Source: an uncultured Chloroflexia bacterium
GTDB lineage: Bacteria; Chloroflexota; Limnocylindria; Limnocylindrales; CSP1-4
DNA: 64,000 nucleotides
Direction: 5' to 3'
Assembly (NCBI GenBank): GCA_963823925.1
Contig: CAWGNI010000007.1
Span: 27,333 to 91,332 of the forward strand
Below are positions 53,055-63,177 of the stretch, piece after piece. Position numbers and translations under genes: made by a program. The notes below the pieces were generated by a model. That model made no database searches. It was not told where the DNA came from and worked only from the letters and a program-made list of their open reading frames with translations. The stretch's first letter is position 1, and each line of letters begins with the position of its first letter.

Positions 53055-53242
53055 CAGTCGCCTCCCGCTCTACGGTCGCTGGACGCGACCTCCGATCAGG
53101 AGTCTCCGGCCGCGGTGATCTGGGGTCGCCAGTGCCGACCCCAGTACGACACCCGCCGATCCCAAGGGTCTGCACCGTGGTTCCGCCTTGACCCTGATGG
53201 CACGATGACCGGCATGTCGGCTGAACGATCGGGGTCGGGCAG

Positions 53243-55004
53243 GTGTCGGTGACTCTTGACCGGGTAGCACCAGGGCGCCCGAGCCCCGTCGCCATCGCGG
53301 CGGTCGTCACGGCCGGCGTCCTCGTCGGGGCGATCTGCCTCGCGCTCATGGCGGCGAACAGTGCGAACGGCGACAACGGCGACGGACATTGGTTCGTTCA
53401 GCTCGCTGCGAACCTGTTCACCATCGCGGTGGGGCTGGTCATGTGGTACTCGCGACCTGGCAACCGGGTCGGCCCACTCGTGATCTTGATGGGTTTCGCG
53501 GGCACGATCAACTTCCTGAGCTGGGATGGGGGCGACGCGCTCGTCTGGACCATCGGCAACATGTGGGTCCTCTTCGGGACAGTCGTCCTCGCCAACGTGT
53601 ACCTCGCCTTTCCAGAGGGGAGGACCGCTGGCTGGTCCCGGCGCCTGGTCATCGCCGCCTACGCCTGGTTCTTCCTGACGACCGTCAGCCAACGGCTCAT
53701 CGAGCCGTACCCGCCGACCTGGCCATTCGCGAACCCATTGCTCCTTTGGCCCAACGAGGGACTCGCCGACACCCTCGGCGTCGTCGCGAACCTCGGTGCG
53801 CTCGTCCTGTCCGTCCTGGTCGTCGCTGACGGTCCTCGATCGCTGGAGGCGCGGGACCCCCGCGGCCCGACGGGCGCTGGCCCCTGTCTTCTGGGTCAGC
53901 CCGATCACCCTGGTCGTCGTCGGGACGTTCTTCGTGGCGCAGGCCACCGGTTCGGACGCCTTGTTCGCGGCGTCGACGGGTCCAATCGCGCAGCTCTCCA
54001 ACTTCCTGCTGCCGATCGCGTTCCTGATCGGCCTGCTCCAGACCCGGCTCGAGCGCGGGTCCATCGCCGAACTCGTGGTCGACCTCGATCGCGTGAAGAC
54101 CGGCGATCTCGAGGCCGCACTCGCCCGGGCCGTCCACGATCCGACCCTTCGACTGGGGTTCCCGACGCCGGACGGAGGCGGATACGTCGATCCGACGGGC
54201 CGGGCGATCGCCATGCCCGATGACGGTGACCAGCGTGACATGACGCGGATCGAGGGAGCCGATGGCACGATCGCCGTCCTGATCCATGACCCTGCTGCAG
54301 ACCAGGTCCTCGTGGACAGCGCGGCGGCGGCATCGAGGTTGGCCCTCGAGAACGAGCGGTTGGCGGCAGAGTTGCGAGCGCAGCTCGAGGAGGTCCGCGC
54401 GTCCAGGGCACGGCTCGTCGAAGCGACGGACGAAGAGCGACGCAGGCTCGAGCGCGATCTTCATGATGGCGCGCAGCAGCGACTCGTGGCCCTCGGGTTC
54501 ACGCTTCGACGGGCGAACCGACGCGCCGATGCCGACCCTGAGCTCGGGCGCATCCTGGACGAGGCGAGTCGTGAACTGGAGGACGGACTTCGCGACCTGC
54601 GTGCGCTGGCCCGTGGGATCCATCCGACCGCCCTCATCGAGGGCGGGATCGCGCCGGCCGTGCGCGAGCTGGCCGATCGTTTCCCACTCCCGGTCGATGT
54701 CCGGATCGATGACCGGCGCCTTCCCGCTCCGATCGAGACGACGGCCTACCTGATCGTCTCCGAGGCCCTCACGAACGTCCTTCGGCACGCCGACGCGACG
54801 AGAGTGACCATCCACGGGCGCGTCGAGGATGACGCCCTGGAACTCGAGGTCGCCGACGACGGGCACGGCGGTGCCGACGTCGGAGCGGGCGGGACCGGCC
54901 TGCACGGGCTCATCGATCGAGCACAGGCTGTCGGAGGCACGCTCGCCGTCTCCAGCCCAGCAGGTGTCGGAACGACGGTCCGGGCCGTGCTCCCGTTGTC
55001 ATGA
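53243..55004 (+). pseudogene. NarL-class (HisKA_3) sensor histidine kinase, one frame break
   Basis: ORF 53243-54223 gives the N-terminal TM helices up to ALVLSVLVV. ORF 53796-55004 continues LTVLDRWRRGTPAARRALAPVFW...RRRLERDLHDGAQQRLVAL...EALTNVLRHA...DDGHGG. The junction is near 53820. Confidence 0.7.
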
Positions 55005-55669
55005 CGGCGTCGAACGAGCGCCGATCGCGGATCGTCCTGGTCGACGATTCCGTGCTCTTTCGCTCGGGCATGTCCCACCTGCTCGCGGACGAGGGTTTCG
55101 CGGTGGTGGGTGAAGCCGGCGACGCTGCGGGCGCGCTCGACGTCGTCGAACGAGAACGTCCGGACGTGGTCGTGATGGACATCCGGATGCCGCCCGGCTT
55201 CCAGACCGAGGGCCTTGAAGCGGCCATCGCCATCCGCGACCGCCATCCCACGGTGGCGATCCTCCTCCTCTCCGCGCATGTCGAGACCCGCCACGCGATC
55301 CGCCTGCTGCGAGCGGACGCGGCAGGGGTCGGCTACCTGCTGAAGGATCGGGTGCTGCGCGAGTCGGATCTGCTGGATGCGATCCATCGCGTCGCGGCTG
55401 GCGGCTCGGTGATCGATCCCGAGATCGTCGGGGAGCTGCTCGGCCGCGCCCGGCCGCACGGTCCGCTGGACGAGCTCACCCCGCGAGAGCGGGAGGTCCT
55501 CGCGCTGATGGCCGAGGGCCGCTCCAACCAGGCCATCGCCGAGCGGCTCGTCGTCGAACTGAAGACCGTCGAGGGGCATATCCGAACGATCTTCTCGAAG
55601 CTCGGGCTCGAGCCTGAGCCCTCGGACCATCGGCGGGTGCTGGCGGTGCTGTCGTATCTCCGCTCCTGA
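55001..55669 (+). CDS. NarL/LuxR-family response regulator
   Basis: 222 aa with IVLVDDSVLFRSG, VVVMDIRMPP and LTPREREVLALMAEGRSNQAIAERLVVELKTVEGHI. ATGA overlap with the kinase gene. Confidence 0.9.
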   Translation: MTASNERRSRIVLVDDSVLFRSGMSHLLADEGFAVVGEAGDAAGALDVVERERPDVVVMDIRMPPGFQTEGLEAAIAIRDRHPTVAILLLSAHVETRHAIRLLRADAAGVGYLLKDRVLRESDLLDAIHRVAAGGSVIDPEIVGELLGRARPHGPLDELTPREREVLALMAEGRSNQAIAERLVVELKTVEGHIRTIFSKLGLEPEPSDHRRVLAVLSYLRS

Positions 55670-55750
55670 CGCCGACGTCACCGGGGCCTGTCCGGTGCTG
55701 CGGTACGATGCCGACCCACGGCAGCCCGACCATCGAGGGACCCCGCACCC

Positions 55751-56743
55751 GTGAGTGAGCCGTCCGCCAGCCAGACCGATCCGAAGGCCGGGGAGCGTTT
55801 CTGGCGCGCGATGCGCGATTCCGTTCGTCAGGCGGTCGTCGTCGACGACATCGCGATCCGACTGCTCGCGGTCGCACTGCTGGCGCACGGCCATGCCCTG
55901 ATCGAAGACGTGCCCGGTGTCGGCAAGACGCTTCTGGCGCGAGCGTTCAGCCGCGCGCTCGGTCTGGACTTCGCACGGGTCCAGGGCACCCCCGACCTGC
56001 TGCCCGGAGACGTGCTCGGTGCGACGATCCTCGAGGGGTCGTCATTCCGGTTCATCCCCGGGCCGATCTTCACCAACGTCCTGCTCGTCGACGAGATCAA
56101 CCGGGCGACCCCGCGCACGCAGTCGGCACTGCTCGAGGCGATGGAAGAGGCGCACGTGTCGATCGAAGGCGAGACACGGTCCCTGCCCGACCCGTTCCTC
56201 GTCCTGGCGACCGAGAACCCGATCGAGCTCGAAGGCACGTTCGCGCTGCCGGAGGCCCAGCTCGATCGGTTCCTGGTGCGCGTCCGGATGGGCTACCCGG
56301 ATCGTGCGGATGAGGGTCGCATCGCGCGGCGCTACCGAGCCATGGCCGAACCACTCGACGACGTGTCCGTGATCGCGGCACGCGAGGACCTGCTCGGCAT
56401 GCGCGACGCGGTCCGCGCGATCGAGGTCAGCACCCCCGTCGAGGACTACATCGTCGACCTCGTCCGGGCGACCCGTGCGCGACCCGAATTGCGGCTCGGC
56501 GGCAGCCCGCGGGCCAGCGTCGCGCTGTACCGGGGGACCCAGGCGTGGGCATTCCTGGCCGGACGCGATTTCGCCCTGCCGGACGATGTCAAGGCACTGG
56601 CGCCGTTCGTGCTCGGCCATCGGATCGTGCTGGACATCGACCGCCAGCTGCGCGGCGCGACCACGGAGGACGTGATCGCGGACGTGCTCGGGTCAGTCCC
56701 GGCGCCGCCGGTGGAGACCGCCTCGGTCGCCGAACGGGCCTGA
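55751..56743 (+). CDS. MoxR-like AAA+ ATPase
   Basis: 330 aa with HALIEDVPGVGKTLLARA, VLLVDEINRATPRTQSALLEAMEE and ATENPIELEGTFALPEAQLDRF. Confidence 0.9.
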   Translation: MSEPSASQTDPKAGERFWRAMRDSVRQAVVVDDIAIRLLAVALLAHGHALIEDVPGVGKTLLARAFSRALGLDFARVQGTPDLLPGDVLGATILEGSSFRFIPGPIFTNVLLVDEINRATPRTQSALLEAMEEAHVSIEGETRSLPDPFLVLATENPIELEGTFALPEAQLDRFLVRVRMGYPDRADEGRIARRYRAMAEPLDDVSVIAAREDLLGMRDAVRAIEVSTPVEDYIVDLVRATRARPELRLGGSPRASVALYRGTQAWAFLAGRDFALPDDVKALAPFVLGHRIVLDIDRQLRGATTEDVIADVLGSVPAPPVETASVAERA

Positions 56744-57979
56744 GTGATGGGCGCTACTGCGCTGCTGGCGATCGGGTTGATCTTCGTCGGGGTGGCGCTC
56801 GGCGCCGGCGGCCTGCTCCTCGTCGGCGTCCTCATGGGTCTCGTCGTGGTCCTCCAGTCCATCTGGTCGAGGTACGGCCTCCGCGCGCTCGACTACGAGC
56901 GCCACATCTCCGCGCCCCGGGTTCCGTGGGGCGAGCGGATCGATCTGGATCTGGTGGTACGCAACGCCAAGCCCCTGCCACTTCCCTGGCTCCAGATCGA
57001 GGATCTCGTCAGCCACGGCGCGGAGGTCGTCGGGCGGCCGCTGATCCCCTCGGTGCGCCGCGGGTTCGACATCCTGCGGGGCACCTGGAGGGTCGGCTGG
57101 TTCGAACGGGTCACGCGGCGGTTCCAGATCGTCGGCAGCCGGCGCGGCACCTACCGCTTCGTCGAGGCGAACCTCCGGGTCGCCGACCTGTTCGCCCGAT
57201 CGAGCCGGCGCGAGGCTCGGGAACTGTCGACCGTCTACCACGTCGTCCCACGCGTCGTCGGGGTGCGCTCGACGGTGACGGACAGCCCCTCGGTCGGTGC
57301 TTCGCCCTCGGTCCGGGGGCTTCACGAGGAGCCGTCCCTGTTCGCGGGCGTGCGACCGTACCAGCCGGGCGATCCCCTGCGGCGGATCCACTGGAAGGCC
57401 ACCGCGCGGGTCGGCCGACCGGTCAGCCGCCGCTATGACCCGGCGCGTGAGCGAGAGGCGCTGATCGCCGTCGACATGCAGACCCTGTCCGGCCCGTCGT
57501 GGATGCTCAGCTGGGATGACGACCTGGCGGAGGGCCTGTGCGTCGCAGCGCTGTCCCTCGTGCGCTCGTACGTCGTGGATGGCATCGCTGCCGGGATCGC
57601 CGTGAATGCCTACAGCGAGCGTCCCCAGCGCACGGTCTTCCTGGCCCCCAGCGCGAACCAGCGACAGGTCGGAGCCATCGCGGACCTGCTCGCCGACGTG
57701 AGTCCGTTCGCCTCGCTGCCATTCGATCGCCTGCTTGCAAACCTGGCCCGTCGTGTCCCGACCGGCTGCTCGATCATCGCCCTCAGCGGCCGGGACCCGG
57801 AGGACTTCCTGGCGACCCTCCGAAGGCTCGGCGCCGACGGCTACGTCGTGAGCCACGCGGGGTTCGGTCCCGAGGCCGCGCGATGGACCGCGAGAGCCCG
57901 GGCGTTCGGCCTGCGCAGCGCCGCCTATCGTCTCGAGCCGGATTGGCAGACTGCAGATGCGCTCGAACGCATCGCTTGA
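56744..57979 (+). CDS. DUF58 (vWA-like) protein
   Basis: 411 aa with two N-terminal TM helices and FAGVRPYQPGDPLRRIHWKATAR, the DUF58 hallmark. Confidence 0.8.
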   Translation: MMGATALLAIGLIFVGVALGAGGLLLVGVLMGLVVVLQSIWSRYGLRALDYERHISAPRVPWGERIDLDLVVRNAKPLPLPWLQIEDLVSHGAEVVGRPLIPSVRRGFDILRGTWRVGWFERVTRRFQIVGSRRGTYRFVEANLRVADLFARSSRREARELSTVYHVVPRVVGVRSTVTDSPSVGASPSVRGLHEEPSLFAGVRPYQPGDPLRRIHWKATARVGRPVSRRYDPAREREALIAVDMQTLSGPSWMLSWDDDLAEGLCVAALSLVRSYVVDGIAAGIAVNAYSERPQRTVFLAPSANQRQVGAIADLLADVSPFASLPFDRLLANLARRVPTGCSIIALSGRDPEDFLATLRRLGADGYVVSHAGFGPEAARWTARARAFGLRSAAYRLEPDWQTADALERIA

Positions 57980-59300
57980 AGCGGGGATCGCGATCCTCGC
58001 GGCCTGCACGATGGAGGCGGCCTGGATCACGCTGGCCTATCTCGCGCTCGGCAGCCTCGCGACCCATGAGCTGCCGCCGCTGCCGATGCTCGCGTTCGTG
58101 GGCGGTGCCGCCATCGGCCTCGGCTACGCCCGATGGTCTGCCCATGCCGGTCGGAGCTATCGAACGCCGCTGGCCGCCCTGGTCATCGGCGCGGCGATCG
58201 TCGGCTGGTTGCTGCCACTCGGAGCCGCGGCGACCCGGCTGACCGACGACCCATGGTCCGTCATCGGGATGCACCCGGGCGGGGTCCTCCTCGGCCTCGC
58301 CGTGTTCCGCGGGTCGGCCCACGTCACCTCAGCAGACGACGCGCGCATCTCGGAGACCGTGCTCGGGCCGGGCCTCTGGGCGATCGCCGGGACATGGGCG
58401 TTCCTCGCGGCGACGGGCGCCACCGCTGACCCGGCGATCGTGAGCGCTGCCTTCTCGGCGACCATCGCGGTCGTGACCGCCGCGTTGCTGGGCATGGGTC
58501 TGGCGCGGTTGGCCGAACTGGAGGAGACCGGGATGCCACAGGGCGATCAACGGACCTGGGTGGCGTTGCTCGTGGCCGTCATCGCCTGCCTGCTGGCCGT
58601 TTCGGTGCCGCTTGCTGTGGTCCTCGGGATCCCTTCGTTCGACTCGCTCAGGGGCGTGCTTGGCCCCGTCGCCGACGTCATCGTCGTGATCGTCACGATC
58701 CTGGCCATTCCCGGTGGTCTACTGGCCGCTGCACTGGTGTTCCTGCTGGAATCGGTCCGGGGACCGCTGATCGGGTCGAGCGATCCTGGAGGCAGCCTCG
58801 CTCCGGGTCCACTCGAGCCTGGGAACTCGGCCGGTTCGAACGGCATCGAGGCCGTCGTCCTCGGCCTGGTGCCGCTGGTGATCGCGATCGTCGTGGCGTT
58901 CATCGTGGTCCGAGCCCTCCTCAACCGGCCGCGACTGGCGGCGGTCGAGGGCGATCTGGTGGAAACGCGCGAGACCGAAGGCCCGACGGGCGGGATCCGG
59001 CTCCACCGGCCACGTGTCACGATCCCGCGACGCCGGCCCGACCCCAGCACCGCGAGCGAGGCTTATGTCGCGTCACTCGAGATCCTGAGCCGGGTCCCGA
59101 ACGTGGCCCGTCTGCCGTCGGAGACGCCTTCCGAGCATGCGTATCGGACCCGAGCCCGCTCGAGCGCTTCGGGCGACCCGATCGGTCGCCTGGCTGCCGA
59201 CTATGCCCTGGCGGAATTCGGGCACCGCGACTTGACCCCATCCGAACATCGACGGGCGATCGAGCGATGGCGCCGACTCCGCTCGATGCCCCGGGAGTAG
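57957..59300 (+). CDS. Polytopic membrane protein with a C-terminal DUF4129-like domain
   Basis: 447 aa with many TM helices. The C-terminus reads ETPSEHAYRTRA...LAADYALAEFGHRDLTPSEHRRAIERWRRL. I could not see a transglutaminase Cys-His-Asp core. Confidence 0.6.
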   Translation: MRSNASLEAGIAILAACTMEAAWITLAYLALGSLATHELPPLPMLAFVGGAAIGLGYARWSAHAGRSYRTPLAALVIGAAIVGWLLPLGAAATRLTDDPWSVIGMHPGGVLLGLAVFRGSAHVTSADDARISETVLGPGLWAIAGTWAFLAATGATADPAIVSAAFSATIAVVTAALLGMGLARLAELEETGMPQGDQRTWVALLVAVIACLLAVSVPLAVVLGIPSFDSLRGVLGPVADVIVVIVTILAIPGGLLAAALVFLLESVRGPLIGSSDPGGSLAPGPLEPGNSAGSNGIEAVVLGLVPLVIAIVVAFIVVRALLNRPRLAAVEGDLVETRETEGPTGGIRLHRPRVTIPRRRPDPSTASEAYVASLEILSRVPNVARLPSETPSEHAYRTRARSSASGDPIGRLAADYALAEFGHRDLTPSEHRRAIERWRRLRSMPRE

Positions 59301-59369
59301 GGCCGACGGCGAGGCGCATGGGGTGCGACGGGCCGGCCACAGCGTCCGGCGAGCGACGACAATGCCACG

Positions 59370-60957
59370 ATGTCAGCAGTCGACGATCGACCCGAGACGA
59401 CGTCGGAGGACCAACCGGCCGGGCGCGGTCGTCGGGCGCGGGCGCACGACGCCTCGGCCCCAGCTCCCGCAGCGGTCCAACCAGGGCTGACCGGCGGCCT
59501 GTATCGGCCGTTGTCGGTCGCCGATATCGAGCGGATCTACACGACGGCCCTCGACGTCCTGGCGGACATCGGCATCGGGGACCCGATCCCGGAGATCCTC
59601 CGCTACGCCCTTCCCAGGGGCTGCACGCTCGATCCGGATGGGCGGCTTGCTGTTCCCGCGCGGGCTGGTCGAGGAGATGATCGGCGTCGCGTCGCGCGGC
59701 TACGTCCGATATGCGGTCGATCCGGCGAACGACATCGAGATCAGCGGCGAGCGCGTCTACTTCTGCACGTCGGGCGAGGCGGTCACGGTCCTCGACTACG
59801 CGACCCAGACATTCCGGCCGACCCGGCTGGTCGACCTGTACGACGCGGCCCGCCTGGTCGATCGCCTTCCCAACATCCACTGCTATGGGCAGCCGTTCAT
59901 CGCGGCCGAGTACAGCGAAGAGGTCTACGTCCACGACATCAACGTCGCGTATGCCGCGCTCGCGGGCCAGAACAAGCCGTTCGCGTTCAGTTGCGCGACG
60001 GTCGGCCACGTCGACGACCTCGTCGCGATGTTCGACCTGGTGGCCGGCGGCGATGGCGAGTTCCTGAAGCGACCGTTCTGCAGCATCGGTGGCTGCCCGA
60101 TCGTCTCGCCGCTTCGGTTCGGCAAGGACAACGCCGAGGTGCTCGTCCGGACGGCCGAACTCGGACTGGCCACGGACATCGCGATCGCCCCGCAGGCCGG
60201 CGCGACCGCACCTGCGGCCCTCGCCGGGACCCTCGTCCAGTGCTTCGCTGAGACGCTCGCCTGCCTGGCCATCGTCAACATGATCCGGCCCGGCAACCCG
60301 TTCGACTTCGGCATGTGGCCGTTCGTCTCCGATCTGCGCACCGGTGGGTTCACCGGCGGGGGCGGCGAGGAGGCATTGCTCATGGCGGCGAGCGCCCAGA
60401 TCGCCAACCACTACGGACTCGTCTCGTCGGTCGCTTCCGGGATGACCGACGCCAAGACGATGGACGCGCAGGCCGGCTACGAGAAGGGGATCACGATCAC
60501 GGCGGCGGCACTCGCCGGCGGCAACCTCGTGTCCGCCTACCCCGGGATCGTCGGCAGCCTGATGGGCCAGTCGTTCGAGGGGCTGGTCATCGACAACGAC
60601 CTGCTCGGCAACGCCCAGCGGCTGCTGCGCGGGATCGAGGTCAACGACGAGACCTTGTCGTACGAGGTGATCGCCGAGACCGTGGCCGGTGTCGGTCACT
60701 ACCTCGGCGCCGACCAGACCTTGAAGCTCATGCGAAGCGAGTTCCAGTACCCGGAACTCGCGGATCGCACGAGCCCGGGCGAGTGGGTGGACGGCGGGAG
60801 CCGGAGCATCTACGACCACGCCCACGATCGCGTCGAGGAGATCCTCGGCAGCCACTACCCGGAGTACCTCGACCCCGCCGTCGATGTGCGGATCCGCGAG
60901 CGGTTCCCGATCCGCCTCGACCCCGCCGACATGCGATCCGGCAACGGTCGCTGGTAG
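59370..60957 (+). pseudogene. MttB-superfamily (trimethylamine methyltransferase-like, non-pyrrolysine) protein, one frame break
   Basis: ORF 59370 gives ...LSVADIERIYTTALDVLADIGIGDPIPEILRYALPRGCTLDPDGRL. ORF 59638-60957 continues LFPRGLVEEMI...FGMWPFVSDLRTGGFTGGGGEEALL...GADQTLKLMRSEFQYP. The junction is near 59640. Confidence 0.7.
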
Positions 60958-61020
60958 GTCCGCCGAAGGACCTCGAGACCCGGATCGAACGGACCGGCCG
61001 CCCACTGCGAAGATGGTCGC

Positions 61021-61780
61021 GTGACCGAACCACCGATCGCGCACCCGGGACATGGCCCGCTCACGCTCAGGCTCATCACCCGCCACGCGCGGGCGATGCT
61101 CCGACTTGGCATCCTCCGCGTTTCGGTCGTTGCGTTCGTCCTGTTCGTGCCGCCGGCCTTCCTCGGTGTCGCGGCTGCGGCGGTTCGTCGAGGACCAGTC
61201 GAACCTGCTCGGTGGGCTCGGGGCCTTCCTGGCCCTGGGGATCGCGTTTCTGTTCCGCCTCCTCGGCCCCGTCGTCTTCGCGGGGTATCTCGACGAGGCG
61301 GTCGGCAGCCAGTACTTCCACGGCCGCCGCCTGCGCATGGGCGAGGTGCTCAGAACGCTGCCGTGGCTCGCCCTCCTGATCGCCGATGTCGTCGTGGTTC
61401 TCGGGACGTCCGTCGGTCTCGCCCTGTTCGTCGTTCCAGGGATCGCTTTCTACGTGTTCTTCGGGCTGGTCGGTCCGGTCATGGTCCAGGAGCGGCGTGG
61501 GGTTCGCGACGCCTTCGAGCGGACGTTCCGGATCAGCCGCACGGCCATCTATCCGGTCATCGCGCTGGTCGTCGTGCCGCTGGTCATCGAACAGGTCATC
61601 GACGAACTGGCGCACGAGGCCGTCCATGACGGCGGTATCCCGATCCAGATGTTCGTGGAATGGATCATCGCGGCGGTCGTCGGCGGGACCGTGGGCCTCC
61701 TTGAGGTCGCGCTCGCGACCGAGCTCATGACGCGCAACCCGGAGCCAGGGGCTGTCGCCGAGCCGCGTGCATATGGCTGA
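61021..61780 (+). pseudogene. Polytopic membrane protein (GDPD-membrane-domain/DUF975-like look), one frame break
   Basis: ORF 61021 gives MTEPPIAHPGHGPLTLRLITRHARAMLRLGILRVSVVAFVLFVPPAFLGVAAAA. ORF 61052-61780 continues FVEDQSNLLGGLGAFLALGIAFLF... The junction is at GCGGCGG near 61187. Confidence 0.5.
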
Positions 61781-61866
61781 AGTGATCGATCCTCCGACCT
61801 AGATCCGCCGACCTAGACTGGTGGTCGGTTGCTCCACGGATCCAGGATGAGAGAGGTCGGACGGCA

Positions 61867-62256
61867 ATGTTCTCCGCGATGCGGGCGATGTTCAGGGACC
61901 CCGAAGGCAAGTACCTGATCGTCGCGGCCATCTCGATGATCGCGCTCGGTACCGTCGTCTACATGTGGCTCGAAGGGTGGTCGGCGATCGATGCGCTGTA
62001 CTTCTCGGTCGTCACGCTCGCCACCGTCGGGTTCGGAGATCTCCATCCGACCACCGACCCAGCGAAGTTGTTCACCGTGTTCTACATCCTGTCCGGCCTT
62101 GGGATCCTGGCCGCGTTCGTCTCCGAACTCACGAAGTATCGGACCCCGCCAGGGGCGCGGCTTCGGGCGCGCCGGCGCGGCAGCCAGCTCGTGGGCGACC
62201 CTGAGCCGGATGACGAGCCGATGCCGGACGCGTCGGCGGACGAGGACCCAACCTGA
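61867..62256 (+). CDS. Minimal 2-TM potassium channel (Ion_trans_2 type)
   Basis: 129 aa: TM1, pore helix plus filter LYFSVVTLATVGFGD, TM2, and an acidic tail. Confidence 0.75.
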   Translation: MFSAMRAMFRDPEGKYLIVAAISMIALGTVVYMWLEGWSAIDALYFSVVTLATVGFGDLHPTTDPAKLFTVFYILSGLGILAAFVSELTKYRTPPGARLRARRRGSQLVGDPEPDDEPMPDASADEDPT

Positions 62257-62267
62257 ATCGGGTTCGA

Positions 62268-63168
62268 ATGCACGACGACGAGGTCGATACCGACGCCGCC
62301 CTCGTGCGGACTTTGCTCGCCCGGCAGTTCCCGCGGTTGGCCGATCTCGAGATCGTGCCCGTTCCGTCCGCGGGCACCGACAACGCGCTCTACCGGCTTG
62401 GCTCCGACATGGTCGTGCGCCTGCCGCGGATCGGATGGGCCGCGGGCGACGTGGCCAAGGAGCACCTCTGGCTGCCGCGCCTGGCACCGCTGCTCCCGGT
62501 CACGATCCCGACGCCACTTGCCCTCGGCGAGCCGGATCCCCCGTATCCCTGGCAGTGGTCCGTCTACCCGTGGCTCCCGGGTGAGAATCCTCGGGTCGAC
62601 TCGATCGGCGACCCGGAGCGCCTGGCCGTGGACATCGCCGGGTTCGTCACGGCGCTCCGGGCGATCGACCCGGCCGGTGGCCCGGGGGCCAGCCGCGGGG
62701 GTCCGCTCGCCGACCGTGATGATGCGACGCGCGCCGCGATCGAAGCGCTCGGCGACGAGATCGACCGCGAGTCCGTGATGGCGGCCTGGGCGGATGCGAT
62801 GGACGTTCCGGCGTGGACAGGTCCCCCGACATGGATCCACGGCGATCTGTCGCCGGGCAATCTCCTGTGTGTCGACGGGACCCTGACGTCGGTGATCGAC
62901 TTCGGCGGTCTGGGGATCGGCGATCCGGCGTGCGACCTGATCGTCGCCTGGAACCTCCTGCCGGCCCCAGCGCGCAGCGTCGTTCCGCACCGCGGTATCC
63001 ATGGACGAGGCGACCTGGCAGCGTGGACGCGGCTGGGCCTTGTCGATCGCGCTGATCCAATTGCCGTACTACCGGGAGTCGAACCCATCGCTCGCGACGA
63101 ACGCTCGACATGTCATCGCGGAGGTCCTCGCCGAACGGGTCGCACGCGCTCGCAGTAGGTTGGTGTAG
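62268..63168 (+). pseudogene. Aminoglycoside/choline-kinase-type phosphotransferase (APH family), one frame break near the C-terminus
   Basis: Contains GTDNALYRLG, WIHGDLSPGNLL and VIDFGGLGIGDPACDL. After ...LLPAPARS the sensible continuation (FRTAVSMDEATWQRGRGWALSIALIQLPYY...) is in another frame that ends at TAG 63166-63168. The junction is near 62985. Confidence 0.65.
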
Positions 63169-63177
63169 CTGCGTGCG

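Noticed and set aside
59370-60957. In-frame amber (pyrrolysine) codon in the MttB-family gene
   Set aside because: No in-frame TAG interrupts either reading-frame segment. The discontinuity is a frame change near 59640, not a stop codon.
59017-61338. Very long ORFs antisense to or overlapping recognised genes (for example 59017-61338 minus, 13467-15488 minus, 25491-27449 plus, 18350-19390 minus, 56693-58030 minus, 1473-3038 minus outside the short segment used above)
   Set aside because: Their products are Arg/Pro/Gly/Asp-rich with no recognisable motifs. They lie opposite genes with clear family signatures. Stop-poor shadow frames like these are expected at ~70% G+C.
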